The notes below the pieces were generated by a model. The model had not been told where the DNA came from. It saw only the letters and a program-made list of their open reading frames with translations, and made no database searches. From positions 14,211-78,210 of the forward strand of contig DATBPB010000066.1 in NCBI GenBank assembly GCA_036561565.1: a stretch of 64,000 bases of DNA, read 5' to 3'. The position numbers were made by a program, and so were the translations under genes. Origin of the DNA: Solirubrobacteraceae bacterium. Lineage in GTDB: Bacteria > Actinomycetota > Thermoleophilia > Solirubrobacterales > Solirubrobacteraceae. Each line of letters opens with the position of its first letter. Positions within the stretch are counted from its first letter, which is position 1. Positions 1 to 9,759 of this stretch are shown here, in pieces.

Positions 1-904
1 ACAGCCGCCGACGCAGCCGCTCCGGCAGCCGCCCGGCCCGCGAGCCGAGCACGGCCGCGACGTAGCGGGAGATCTCGGCGCAGCCGGCAGCCGCCAGCGA
101 CACCGCGCCCGCCCCCTCGCGCCGGCGCGGCCCAAGCTCACCGCGCAGGCGCGAGAGCAGCCGCGCGGGCGAGGCGGGCTCGCGCCAGCCGTAGACATCG
201 CGCAGCCCGCTCGACTCATCGAACACGCGCCGGAAGCGCTCGCGCGCTCCGTAGTCATGCGAGTGCAGCACCGCTGCGCGCGGCTCATAGACCTTGGCGA
301 ACCCGGCGCGCAGCATGTCGAGCGCGAGCGCGCGATCCTCGGCGTAGGCCACGTCGCGGAACGGCACCCGCTCCCAGGCCGCCCGGTCGATGCAGGCGTT
401 CGCGTCGCTGAAGAAGCCTCGGCGACCCATCAGCTCGACCGCCGCCAGCTCGCGCTCGTCCTCGCCCAGGCGCTCGACTCCGGGCTCCAGCGATCCAAAC
501 CAGCGCTCGAGCTCACGCCGCACCGCAGGCGAGGCGCCCGGGCGCGGGAGGTAGGGACCGAAGACGAGGGCGACTCGCTCGGCCGCAGCGAACGCGTCGA
601 GCAACCGCTCGAGCCAGTGCTCGTCGGCCGGCTCGGCGTCCTGCGTCAGTAGGGCGACGTGCGCTCCGCGTGCCTCGCGCATCAGGAGGTTGCGCGTCGC
701 GCCGTGGCCGAAGTCACCGCGCGCCACGTCGATCACGCGAGCGCCCGCTGTAAGCGCGCGCTCGCGCGAGCCGTCGCTCGACGCCGTGTCGGCGACCAGC
801 AGCTCGACGTCGGTGCCGACACGCTGAGCGCGCACGGCGTCGAGCACGCGCGCGAAAAGCTCGCCGCCGTTTCGCACTGGAATGGCGACCGTCACCACGC
901 TCAC
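1..904 (-). CDS. Glycosyltransferase family 2 (partial; C-terminus runs off the window start)
   Basis: Absent from the ORF track because it is open at the window edge. My reverse-strand translation from GTG at 904 reads VSVVTVAIPVRNGGELFARVLDAVRAQRVGTDVELLVADTASSDGSRE...ALLTQDAEPADEHW, a typical GT-A/GT2 N-terminus. The GTG overlaps the stop of the upstream ORF (GTGA at 901-904). Confidence 0.7.
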   Translation of the reverse strand, partial: MSVVTVAIPVRNGGELFARVLDAVRAQRVGTDVELLVADTASSDGSRERALTAGARVIDVARGDFGHGATRNLLMREARGAHVALLTQDAEPADEHWLERLLDAFAAAERVALVFGPYLPRPGASPAVRRELERWFGSLEPGVERLGEDERELAAVELMGRRGFFSDANACIDRAAWERVPFRDVAYAEDRALALDMLRAGFAKVYEPRAAVLHSHDYGARERFRRVFDESSGLRDVYGWREPASPARLLSRLRGELGPRRREGAGAVSLAAAGCAEISRYVAAVLGSRAGRLPERLRRRL

Positions 905-3327
905 GGCTTCACCAGCTCGATCCAGTCAGCGGGCTTACCGCACAAACTCCGCCAGCGAGACAGCGCCACCGTGCGAAGCACCTCCGGACCGGCCTTGGCG
1001 AGCATCACGTAACCGAGCTCCGCCTGGTAGGACCCGTCGCCCGGATAGATCGTGCCGCCTTCGCGCTTGATCAGCAGAAGGTGGTTTCCGCGACCGAGCC
1101 GGATCGCGCCGGCCGAGGACCACTGATCGACCGAATCGATCCCGCCGACGTTGCCGAGCGGATGGTTGTCGACGAACAGCGAGAGCGGCCGCACGGCGCT
1201 CACCTGCACCCACCCGCGGTACACCCCCGGCGCCGCGATGTGCACGAAGTCGAACTCCTTGCCCGGTCCGGTGAGCGTCACGGAGTTGTACGGATCCTCG
1301 TTCAGGCCCCATGAGAACGGCCGGTTCGGCGCGTTCAGCGCCGTGAAGCCGACGACCGCCGGCGCGACCGCCGCGACGAGCTCCTCGCCCGCATGTCCAC
1401 TCGCCGCGAGCGCCCCCACCGCCGAGCAGACCGGAACGGCGCTCCCGTCCCACTCGCTCTGCAGCGGCATGTGGGTGATCACCTTCGGCGATTGCAGGCG
1501 TCGCCAGCCGAGGTAGTAGCGGTTCGAGTAGACCAGGCGATAGTTGGCCGGCGGCCGGCTCTCGATCGGCGAGCGGCGGGTCACGATCACCGGAAAGGAC
1601 TCGACATAGGGCAGCTGCTCCTGGTCGAGGTCGAAGTAGTAGTTGAAGATGTTCTGGCCCGCGTAGACCAGCTGAACCTGCGCAGGGGTGATCGATTCGA
1701 AGGGCGCGATCGTGTCGGTCGAGCCGGCGAAGTACTTGATGTACTGGTCGGACTCGTTGAAGAGGATCGGGCCGGATCGCGCAAAGTGCTCGGCGGTGGT
1801 GCGGATCGCGAGCATCCGCGCGGTCGGCGAGGGCACGTCGACGTGGTATGCGAGCAGGTCGGAGGCGACGATCGACAGTGCCAGCGCCGCGCCGGCGAGC
1901 GTCGCGAGCGCGCGCAGGCGCCTCCACGGCAGCGCGAGGAGCCCGACGCCCGCGATCCACACGACGACCGGGCTCGCCATCGCGTAGACCTTGCCGACCG
2001 TGTAGGGCGTGACGCGCGGCACGACGATCAGAAGCACGAGCCCGGTCGTGACCGCCGCGATCAGCGGACCGGCATCGCGGCGACGGATGCTCGCAAGCAC
2101 GCCCGGGATCAGCGCGAGCAGGATCACGATCGTGGCGAGGGTCGTAAGCCCGGCGGCCGGATGTCCCGCCACCGGTATCCGGTAGTTGCCGGACAGCCAG
2201 ACGCCGCTGATCTGGCTGAGCGGCAGCGGACGCTCGAGCTGGCCGAGCGGGTTCACCGCTCCGGCCGCGACGGCGCTGCCCTTCGTGCTCAACACTGCGC
2301 TGCTGATGCCGTAGAGGGTGGAGGCGCCGGTCAGCGCCGGAACCGACAGTGCCGCCAGCAACCCCCCGCCGAGCAGAGCCGGCGGTGCCCAGCCCGGCCG
2401 CGGCAGCCGGCGCGTGAACACGACGATCACCAGCGCCGCGGCGCCGATCGCCGCCATGACGTAGGGAGCGCCGTCCACGCCATATGTCCCGAGCGTCGCC
2501 GCGAGCGGAATCGCCCCGATCACGACACCGCTGTAGCGGCGGCCCGCGCGGAACGCCTCGGCGCCGAGGGCGAACGCCGTGACCATCATCGCGGCGGTGG
2601 CGACCTCCTTGATGTTGCCCTGCATCGCGTACTGGAAGTAGAGGTTCGCGGCCGCCGCCGCGAAGCCGAGGACGGCGCCGCGCCGGGCGCCGATCGCCGG
2701 TGCGGCCGTCGTGCCGACCGCAAGCGCGATCAGCGCCGCGAGCGCACTGAGGTAAGCCTGGTAGACGACCTCCGGCGCGACGCTCAGAAGGCCGCTCAGC
2801 GTCGCGAGCTGGGCATGGGCGCCGACGGGATAGGCCGTCAAGAGATAGCGGTCGATGTTCGCGCCGAGCGTGGTGTTCCCGGGCACGAGCGCGGTGCCGG
2901 CGGTCTTCAGGTGGCCCGCCAGCAGCAGCTGGACCGCAGTGTCGTTGTCGAAGTTGTAGCCCATCCACAGCCAGTGGCCGCTGACGAGGACGGGCAGCAT
3001 GAAGAGCACGAACACGCCCAGCGCGGCTAGGCCCGGGAGGCCGGGATTGACACGGCTGCGCAGCCCGCCGGCGGCGCACGCGAGCCCCAACACGGCGACG
3101 ACCAGCAACAGGACGAGCGCCGGGACATAGGACCCGTGCAGGGCGTAGACGGGATACACGAGGACGATCGTGCCGGCGACACCGAGGGGAACGAGCAGCG
3201 CGTTCGCGAGGCGAATGCGGGCGAGCCGCTCGATCGCGAGCCCGACGCCGAGTGCGGTCAGCCACATCGCCACCGGCAGCCCGGCGATCGCCATCACGTT
3301 CTGGAAGAGGCTCGGCTGGAACGTCAC
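901..3327 (-). CDS. Large polytopic membrane protein with ~300-aa soluble C-terminal domain (GT-C-like glycosyltransferase/polymerase candidate)
   Basis: 808-aa ORF. The N-terminal ~500 aa is a series of hydrophobic helices. The C-terminal part has non-membrane composition (…NRYYLGWRRLQSPKV…GYVMLAKAG…). It lies directly downstream of, and co-oriented with, a polyprenyl-phosphate-type GT2. The function is inferred from architecture and context only. Confidence 0.55.
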   Translation of the reverse strand: MTFQPSLFQNVMAIAGLPVAMWLTALGVGLAIERLARIRLANALLVPLGVAGTIVLVYPVYALHGSYVPALVLLLVVAVLGLACAAGGLRSRVNPGLPGLAALGVFVLFMLPVLVSGHWLWMGYNFDNDTAVQLLLAGHLKTAGTALVPGNTTLGANIDRYLLTAYPVGAHAQLATLSGLLSVAPEVVYQAYLSALAALIALAVGTTAAPAIGARRGAVLGFAAAAANLYFQYAMQGNIKEVATAAMMVTAFALGAEAFRAGRRYSGVVIGAIPLAATLGTYGVDGAPYVMAAIGAAALVIVVFTRRLPRPGWAPPALLGGGLLAALSVPALTGASTLYGISSAVLSTKGSAVAAGAVNPLGQLERPLPLSQISGVWLSGNYRIPVAGHPAAGLTTLATIVILLALIPGVLASIRRRDAGPLIAAVTTGLVLLIVVPRVTPYTVGKVYAMASPVVVWIAGVGLLALPWRRLRALATLAGAALALSIVASDLLAYHVDVPSPTARMLAIRTTAEHFARSGPILFNESDQYIKYFAGSTDTIAPFESITPAQVQLVYAGQNIFNYYFDLDQEQLPYVESFPVIVTRRSPIESRPPANYRLVYSNRYYLGWRRLQSPKVITHMPLQSEWDGSAVPVCSAVGALAASGHAGEELVAAVAPAVVGFTALNAPNRPFSWGLNEDPYNSVTLTGPGKEFDFVHIAAPGVYRGWVQVSAVRPLSLFVDNHPLGNVGGIDSVDQWSSAGAIRLGRGNHLLLIKREGGTIYPGDGSYQAELGYVMLAKAGPEVLRTVALSRWRSLCGKPADWIELVKP

Positions 3328-3387
3328 GTGCGCAGCCGCGTCAGTTGGTCGCCGCGCGTCCAGCGGCGGCGCGCAGCTGCGCGAGTG

Positions 3388-4563
3388 TCACGCGTCCCCG
3401 CGCCGGCGAAGGCCGAGGATGCTCAAAAGGAAGGAGGAGAAGAAGATCTGGATGCCGACGATAAGCAACTCGAAGGCGACGACCGCGAGCTTGTTGAGCC
3501 CGAGCGCCCCGAACCCGTGGTCGATCCACTGGATGACGATGAGCAGTCCCGACACGAATCCCGCGACGATGATCACACCGCCGAGGGCCAGCCCGTGCTC
3601 GAGGCGGAAGCGCGCCCGCATCGCGTCGAACCACGCGTCGCGCTCACCCATGAAGTAGGTCGCGTAGGCGTGCGCACAGAGCCCGAGCGCCAGCACCTGG
3701 GTGCCGACGATCGTCAGCAGCGCGCCGCCGATCAGAGCGTGGATGTCCCAGCTGCGCCCGAAGATGTCGAGCTGCGCCAGGACCATCACCGACACCAGCG
3801 CTCCGAGTAGGGCGAGGACGGCCCCGGGGAGGATGAACAGGTGCGTCGGGCTGTGCACGAGCAGGAAGCGCAGATGTCGCCAGCCGTCGCGGAAGCTCGA
3901 CAGCTTGGACTCGCCACCGCGCGGGTGGTAGGTGATGTCGATCTCGCGGATGTCGAGGTGCTCCTTCGATGCGCGGATGACCATCTCTGAGGCGAACTCC
4001 ATGCCGGTCGTGCGCAGGTCGAGCGTGCCGAGCACATCACGGCGCAACGCGCGCATCCCGCAGTGCGCGTCGCGCACGCCGGTGCGGAAGAACAGGTTCA
4101 GCACGCCGGTCAGCAGCGGGTTGCCGACGTAGCGGTGAAGCCACGGCATCGCACCGGGTCGGATGTCGTCCATGCGATTGCCCATGACGAGCTGAGCTCC
4201 ATCCGCCAGGGCGGCCACGAAGTTCGGGATCTCGTTGAAGTCGTAGGTCAGATCGGCGTCGGCCATCACGATGTAGGTGCCCTGTGCAGCCGCAAAGCCG
4301 GCCAGGTAGGCGCTCCCGTAGCCGCGGCGCCGCTCGCTGACGACGCGCGCGCCGGCCGCGGCCGCGAGCTCGGCGCTGCGGTCCTCCGACGCGTTGTCGA
4401 CGACGATCACCTCGCCGTCGAGATGGGCGGCGGCCAGCGCCTCGATCGCCTCGCGCACACAGCGTGCGACGTTCTCCTCCTCGTTGAGGCAGGGGATGAC
4501 GACGGACACGAGCGGTGTGACCTGCGCAGCCGCCACTTCGGGTGTCTGCTGGAGCGTGCTCAC
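3388..4563 (-). CDS. GT2 polyprenyl-phosphate glycosyltransferase (DPM1/GtrB/ArnC-like) with C-terminal TM helices
   Basis: 391 aa. N-terminus VSVVIPCLNEEENV…VVDNASEDRS…MADADLTYD carries the GT2 DxD motifs. The C-terminal ~130 aa is hydrophobic (LFILPGAVLALLGALV…, LLIVGIQIFFSSFLLSILG). Confidence 0.85.
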   Translation of the reverse strand: MSTLQQTPEVAAAQVTPLVSVVIPCLNEEENVARCVREAIEALAAAHLDGEVIVVDNASEDRSAELAAAAGARVVSERRRGYGSAYLAGFAAAQGTYIVMADADLTYDFNEIPNFVAALADGAQLVMGNRMDDIRPGAMPWLHRYVGNPLLTGVLNLFFRTGVRDAHCGMRALRRDVLGTLDLRTTGMEFASEMVIRASKEHLDIREIDITYHPRGGESKLSSFRDGWRHLRFLLVHSPTHLFILPGAVLALLGALVSVMVLAQLDIFGRSWDIHALIGGALLTIVGTQVLALGLCAHAYATYFMGERDAWFDAMRARFRLEHGLALGGVIIVAGFVSGLLIVIQWIDHGFGALGLNKLAVVAFELLIVGIQIFFSSFLLSILGLRRRGDA

Positions 4564-4652
4564 GTGGACGGGAGTAACAACGCGCGACGCGCTCGGACAG
4601 AGCGCTCAACCGTGGCACCCAGTGTAGATGGTGTCTGGGATGCTGAGGGGCC

Positions 4653-5804
4653 TTGCGCATATGCCTGGTCTATGACTGCCTGTACCCCCACACGGTCGGG
4701 GGCGCCGAGCGCTGGTATCGCAATCTCGCCGAGCGGCTGGCCGCCGCCGGCCACGAAGTGACGTACCTGACGCTCCGTCAGTGGCCGCGCGATCAGCCCC
4801 CGCAGATCGACGGCGTGCGCGTGGTCGCGGTCGGGCCGCCGATGTCGCTCTATGTGGAGGGCCGGCGGCGGATCCTGCCGCCGCTTCGCTTCGGCGGCGG
4901 AGTGCTCGTTCACCTGGTGGCTCGCGGGCGCCGCTACGACGTGGTGCACACAGCCTCGTTCCCCTATTTCTCGCTGCTCGCGGCCGCGCTCGCGCGCCCG
5001 GCCTGGCGCTACGCGCTGATCGTCGACTGGCACGAGGTGTGGTCGGATGACTACTGGCGCGAGTATCTCGGCGCGGCGGGGTGGTTCGGGATCGCCGTGC
5101 AGCGGCTCTGCGCGCGGGTTCGCCAGCGGGCGTTCTGCTTCTCGCGACTTCACGCCGATCGGCTGCGGCGCGAGGGCCTGCGCGGCGACGTCACCGTCCT
5201 CGAGGGGGAGTACGCCGGGCCGCTGGAACCCGCGCCCGTGCAGCAGCCCGAGCCGGTCGTGATCTTCGCCGGGCGGCTGATCCCCGAGAAGCGCGCGGCG
5301 AGCGTCGTGCCGGCGGTGGCGATCGCCTCAGAGTCGGTGCCGGGGCTGCGCGGCGTGATCTACGGCGACGGGCCGCAGCGCGCCGCGGTGGACGAGGCGA
5401 TCGCGGCGCTGGCGGATCCGGCGAGCGTGCAGGCGCCGGGGTTCGTCGACGCCGCCGTGCTCCACAGTGCCCTCGCCTGCGCGCTGACGATGGTGCTGCC
5501 CTCGCGCCGCGAGGGCTACGGCATGGTCGTCGTCGAGGCGGCCCAGTGCGGCACCCCGAGCATCGTCGTGCGGGAGCCCGACAACGCGGCGGTCGAGCTC
5601 ATCGAGGAGGGCGTCAATGGCGTGATCGCGGCGTCGGCGGCACCCGAGGCGCTCGCCGCGGCGATCGTCGCCGTCCACCGCGGCGGCGCGGCGCTTCGCG
5701 CCAGCACGCGCGAGTGGTTCGCCGCGAACGCGGAGCGACTGTCGCTTGAGCGCTCGCTCGAAACGGTCCTCGCCGCCTACGAGCCGGACGCGGCGCGCGC
5801 GTAG
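4653..5804 (+). CDS. Glycosyltransferase family 4 (GT-B)
   Basis: 383 aa with a TTG start. N-terminus RICLVYDCLYPHTVGGAERW. The E-x7-E region is REGYGMVVVEAAQCGTPSIV. Confidence 0.85.
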   Translation: MRICLVYDCLYPHTVGGAERWYRNLAERLAAAGHEVTYLTLRQWPRDQPPQIDGVRVVAVGPPMSLYVEGRRRILPPLRFGGGVLVHLVARGRRYDVVHTASFPYFSLLAAALARPAWRYALIVDWHEVWSDDYWREYLGAAGWFGIAVQRLCARVRQRAFCFSRLHADRLRREGLRGDVTVLEGEYAGPLEPAPVQQPEPVVIFAGRLIPEKRAASVVPAVAIASESVPGLRGVIYGDGPQRAAVDEAIAALADPASVQAPGFVDAAVLHSALACALTMVLPSRREGYGMVVVEAAQCGTPSIVVREPDNAAVELIEEGVNGVIAASAAPEALAAAIVAVHRGGAALRASTREWFAANAERLSLERSLETVLAAYEPDAARA

Positions 5805-6895
5805 ACGTCGAGCGTTCCGCGCGCCGTGCGCTCCCACGTGAACTTCGCGGCGCGCGCGCGACCGGCCTGACGCAGCGCCTCGATCTCGGGGCCGCCCGCC
5901 AGCAGACGCCGAAGCGTCGCGGCGATCGCGCCCGCATCGTGCGGATCGAACAGCAGCCCGGCGTCGCCAACGATCTCGGGTAGCGACGAGGCGTTCGAGC
6001 ACGCGACCGGCACGCCCCGGGACATCGCTTCGAGGACCGGCAGGCCGAACCCCTCATACAGCGAGGGAAAGACGAACGCCGGCGTGAGTGCCCACAGCCC
6101 CTCGAGCATTGCCGGCTCGACCCAGCCGGCCCAGCGAACATCCGCTTCGATCCCGAGTTCGCGGACTCGCGCGCGCAGCGCCCGCTCGTAGTCCGTGACA
6201 TATCCGGCAAGGACGAGCAGCGGTCGCCGCTCGAGCATCGCGAGCGCCTCGAACAGCCGGACCAGGTTCTTGTGCGGTCGCTGTGCCGACAGCGCGAGCA
6301 GCACCTGACGGTCGGCCAGCTCGAAGCGACGGCGCACCTCTCCTTCGCCGGCTGCCGTGACCGCCGATCTCGAGCCCAGTCCCTGGGGGACGACGTCGAT
6401 GCGCGAAGTGTCCGTGCCGAGCAGCTCGACGATGTCGCGCTTGGTCGCCTCGCTGACGGCGATCACGCGCCGGCAGCGCCGCACGGCGAGCGGGACCAGC
6501 ACGCGCATCCCGAGCGCTCGCAAACCCATGTGCGCCTCGGGATAGCGGCGGTAGATGAGGTCGTGCACGGTGACGACGCGCACGAAACGCCCCCACAGCG
6601 GCGAGGTCGAGGCGAGCGAGTGGACGAGGTCGACGCCGGCCGCGGCAGCGATGCGGGGCAGCAGCTGCTGCTCGCCGCGGACCCACTCGGCGCGATTGCC
6701 GACGCGGACAGGCACCTCGACCTTCGGGACGATCTCGCCCCAGGGGCCGGGGCCGGCGTCGCGGTTCACGAACGCCGTGAAGCGCGTGCCGGCCGGGGCG
6801 CACCGCACAAGCTCAGGAATCAACTCGCGCGCGGCGACCTCCATGCCGCCGGTTTCGCCGGGAACCAGATAGATGAGGTTCAGGCCGACGTGCAC
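5777..6895 (-). CDS. Glycosyltransferase family 4
   Basis: 372 aa. Motifs: MHVGLNLIYLVPGETGGME…, KNLVRL, and YEGFGLPVLEAMSRGVPVACSNASSLPEIVG (E-x7-E). Its 3' end overlaps the convergent GT4 gene by 28 nt. Confidence 0.85.
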   Translation of the reverse strand: MHVGLNLIYLVPGETGGMEVAARELIPELVRCAPAGTRFTAFVNRDAGPGPWGEIVPKVEVPVRVGNRAEWVRGEQQLLPRIAAAAGVDLVHSLASTSPLWGRFVRVVTVHDLIYRRYPEAHMGLRALGMRVLVPLAVRRCRRVIAVSEATKRDIVELLGTDTSRIDVVPQGLGSRSAVTAAGEGEVRRRFELADRQVLLALSAQRPHKNLVRLFEALAMLERRPLLVLAGYVTDYERALRARVRELGIEADVRWAGWVEPAMLEGLWALTPAFVFPSLYEGFGLPVLEAMSRGVPVACSNASSLPEIVGDAGLLFDPHDAGAIAATLRRLLAGGPEIEALRQAGRARAAKFTWERTARGTLDVYARAASGS

Positions 6896-6910
6896 GATCG
6901 ACCTCGGAAG

Positions 6911-8038
6911 TCAGCGCGGTTCGGACAGGACACGTGCGTAGACCTCGTGGGTGGCGGCGGCGGCCCGCGACCACGTGAACGTCGCCGCGAAACGCGGTCC
7001 CAGATCTCGCGCGCGCCGGTCGTCCAACGCCGCCACGATCGCGTTGGCCGCGGCGGCGGGGTCGCGCGGGTTGAAGTGGTGGACGAGCTCGCCGCCGACC
7101 TCGCGCAGCACCGGCAGATCCGATGCCGCCACCGGCACCCCGTGCTCGAGCGCCTCGAGAACCGGGAAGCCGAACCCCTCGCCAAGGGTCGGCTGCGCGG
7201 CGGCGGCCGCCAGCCGCCACAGTCCCTCCAGATCCGCGTCCCCGACGTAGCCGACGAACCGAACGCGATCCTCGACGCGCAGTTCGGCGGCGAGCGCCCG
7301 CAGCTCCGCGTCGTAGGGCTCGGGGTGTCCGACGAACAGGATCACCACGTCGGACGGCAGCTGCGAGGCCGACCGCACGAGAACCTCCTGGTTCTTGTGC
7401 GGACGCTTGGCGCCGAGGCACAGCACGACCCGTCGGCCGTCGATCGCCAGCCGGCGGCGAAGCTCGGCCTCCGCCGTGGGGGCGCTCGCCGTGTGGCGCT
7501 CTAGTCCATGGTGAATGACCGTGAAGCGCTCCGTCGGGACCCCGAGCAGAGCGCAGATGTCGTCGCGCGCGGCCGCCGAGACCGCGATCAGAGCGTCGGC
7601 GCGACGGACCGCGGCGCGCAGCAGGAACGCCATGCCAAGCGTCGTGACGCGACCGAACGTGGGCTGGCGCATGAAGGTCACGTCGTGAACGGTGACGACG
7701 GCGCGCGTTCCGGGCACCAGCGGCGCGATGCTTGCCAGGCTGTGCACGATCTGCTCGCCTCGGCGCCGGGCGCGCAGCGGTAGCAGCGCTTGCTCGGCGA
7801 GCTGGCGGCGCACGCGCTGCCCGTCCTCGCACGGGAGCGAGACGAGCTCGGAGAAGTCGCCGAAGCCGTCTGCATGCAGGCTCGAGGCACCCGAGGCCGT
7901 GGTCACGATCGTCAGTCGAAGCGACGGAAAGGCATTCGCCAGGGCGGGAGCGAGGCCGCGCAGATAGGTCTCCGGCCCGCCGCTCACGCCCGGTGCAAGG
8001 AACAGGGCATTGAGCACCACCCGGCTTGGCGCTGGCAT
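6911..8038 (-). CDS. Glycosyltransferase family 4
   Basis: 375 aa. Motifs: PHKNQEVLV and GEGFGFPVLEALEHGVPVAASDLPVLREVGG. Confidence 0.85.
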   Translation of the reverse strand: MPAPSRVVLNALFLAPGVSGGPETYLRGLAPALANAFPSLRLTIVTTASGASSLHADGFGDFSELVSLPCEDGQRVRRQLAEQALLPLRARRRGEQIVHSLASIAPLVPGTRAVVTVHDVTFMRQPTFGRVTTLGMAFLLRAAVRRADALIAVSAAARDDICALLGVPTERFTVIHHGLERHTASAPTAEAELRRRLAIDGRRVVLCLGAKRPHKNQEVLVRSASQLPSDVVILFVGHPEPYDAELRALAAELRVEDRVRFVGYVGDADLEGLWRLAAAAAQPTLGEGFGFPVLEALEHGVPVAASDLPVLREVGGELVHHFNPRDPAAAANAIVAALDDRRARDLGPRFAATFTWSRAAAATHEVYARVLSEPR

Positions 8039-8391
8039 CGCCGGATGCTATCCGGGGCGACGGGGGCACCCGGCTTAGGCGGAGCGGGCGCTGCCTGGCC
8101 TGGCGGCCCGCCCCCCGGCCGTCAGAGGGCCGTTTCGCTCGGCCAGGCCGCCGGTCAGCACGAGCCGGCCCGCACACCGGTCGGCGATCCGCGGCGCGTT
8201 CGATCCGGCACGTGCTTCACCATGCGGGGTCTGTCGAGGGTCGTGCTGACACGACCTACTCGGACAGCTGGGGTCGCAGTGCCTTGGTCCTCGATCAAAC
8301 CAGTGACATCTGTCAACCCTCCAGCGACTCGAGACGAGGCTCCCGTGTGTCCTCCCGCGACAGGCGCTAGGGGCTGGACGCAGTTCAGCCG

Positions 8392-9759
8392 GTGACTGGG
8401 ACGCCGAGCGCCTCGGGGACCGCCGACCGCAGAGGCGCCCACCGCAGCGCGGTGCTGACGAGTCCGCTCGCGTGGTACCTCGCCCTCGTCGCGCTGGAGG
8501 CGGTGGTGATCCTCGTCGCGCTCGGTGTCGACAACGTCCGGATCACAACTGGCGACGGCCCGGAGTTTGACCGTCTGGCCCACAACCTTCTCAGCCACGG
8601 CGTCTACTCGACGGCGTCGTCACCTCCGCTGCTGGAGAACATCACGAGAGCTCCCGGCTATCCGATTCTGCTCATGATCTTCTATTTCGTAGCAACTCAC
8701 CTCGGGATTGCTCAGACGTTGATGGTCAGCCTCTGCCAGTTCGCCATGGTGGCGGTAACCGGCTGGCTGGTCTACAAGCTCGCGCAGGAGCTCGCAGACG
8801 AATTGACCGCGCGCGTCGCCGGTCTATTGACAGCGAGCTACCTTCCGCTGCTCGGAGTCGCGTGGAATCACTTGACCGAATCGACAACGTGCGTGCTCAC
8901 GACGCTCGTTGTCGCGTTGTTGGTACGTCTGGTGAGGCGGCCGGGGACGTCGCTCGTCCCGGTGTTTGGGCTCGGCCTCGCCGTCGCCGCGCTGACCTAC
9001 GTCCGCCCCGACTTCGCGCCGGTGCTGGCGATCGTCGTGATCGCCCTCTTCTTCAGCGGGGCAGGTGCCATCTGGTCGCGTCAACGCTGGGTGCGGCCGG
9101 GAATCGTCCTCGCCGTATTCGTTGTCGCGGTCGTTCCGTGGACGATTCGCAACTACGACGTCACAGGACGACTGGTCTTCATCTCCGCGGCCTCGGGCGC
9201 CAGCCTCCTCGCCTCCGCGGATCAATACTCGGGAAAGATCTCTCCGGCGATGACGTCCACCGACTTCAAGGTCTTTCTGCATCAGCTGTCGAGCATCGAC
9301 AGCTCCATTCACGTCAAACCCGGACCGCGGGGGGCGGCGGCCGCTGATTCCGCCTTTGGTAGCGCGGCAAGACGGATCTTTGGCCGGCTGTCCCTGGGAG
9401 CGATCGTCAAGAGCATTCCCAAGCGAGAGGTCTACCTGTGGCAACCGACCGTCTACCCGCCGGCTCGAGCTCACGCCGTCGTCAACGCCGTGGGCTGGGC
9501 GCAGTACCTGATCCTCATCGCTCTGGGCTTGATCGGCGCCGCGGTGAGGCGCCGGAGCCGCACGCTGCTTCGCGACTGGCCGCTGTGGATCCTGGCGGTA
9601 TACCTCTCGCTCGTCCATCTGGTCTTCCATGTCGAAGGGCGCTACTCGCTCGAGGCACGTCCGATGCTGATCGTCTTTGCTGCAATCGGCGCCGTTGCCG
9701 GCGGACGAGCGCTGCACCGTCGCCGGAAGGTCACGCTCACGCGTTTGGGTACCGCGTGA
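8392..9759 (+). CDS. GT-C membrane glycosyltransferase, ArnT/PMT (GT39/GT83)-like
   Basis: 455 aa with a GTG start and about 10 or more hydrophobic helices. The N-terminal loop motif GDGPEFDRLAHNLLSHGVY…TRAPGYPILLMIF is typical of ArnT/PMT-type enzymes. The 5' part is visibly less GC-rich than neighbouring genes (about 48-63% in the 60-nt blocks I counted). The start codon is uncertain. Confidence 0.7.
   Translation: MTGTPSASGTADRRGAHRSAVLTSPLAWYLALVALEAVVILVALGVDNVRITTGDGPEFDRLAHNLLSHGVYSTASSPPLLENITRAPGYPILLMIFYFVATHLGIAQTLMVSLCQFAMVAVTGWLVYKLAQELADELTARVAGLLTASYLPLLGVAWNHLTESTTCVLTTLVVALLVRLVRRPGTSLVPVFGLGLAVAALTYVRPDFAPVLAIVVIALFFSGAGAIWSRQRWVRPGIVLAVFVVAVVPWTIRNYDVTGRLVFISAASGASLLASADQYSGKISPAMTSTDFKVFLHQLSSIDSSIHVKPGPRGAAAADSAFGSAARRIFGRLSLGAIVKSIPKREVYLWQPTVYPPARAHAVVNAVGWAQYLILIALGLIGAAVRRRSRTLLRDWPLWILAVYLSLVHLVFHVEGRYSLEARPMLIVFAAIGAVAGGRALHRRRKVTLTRLGTA

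Noticed and set aside
935-3265. Long alternative-frame or antisense ORFs overlapping assigned genes. Examples: 935..3265, 1393..3030, 6813..8177, 15435..16472, 19070..20389, 31369..32922, 38267..39907, 40275..41441, 41822..42958, 43366..44814, 45237..46412, 47567..48595 and 48082..49476.
   Set aside because: Their translations are dominated by Arg/Ala/Gly/Pro with few Lys, Phe, Ile or Tyr and no family motifs. This is the usual shadow-ORF signature of a >70% GC genome. In every case another frame or strand encodes a protein with clear family motifs.
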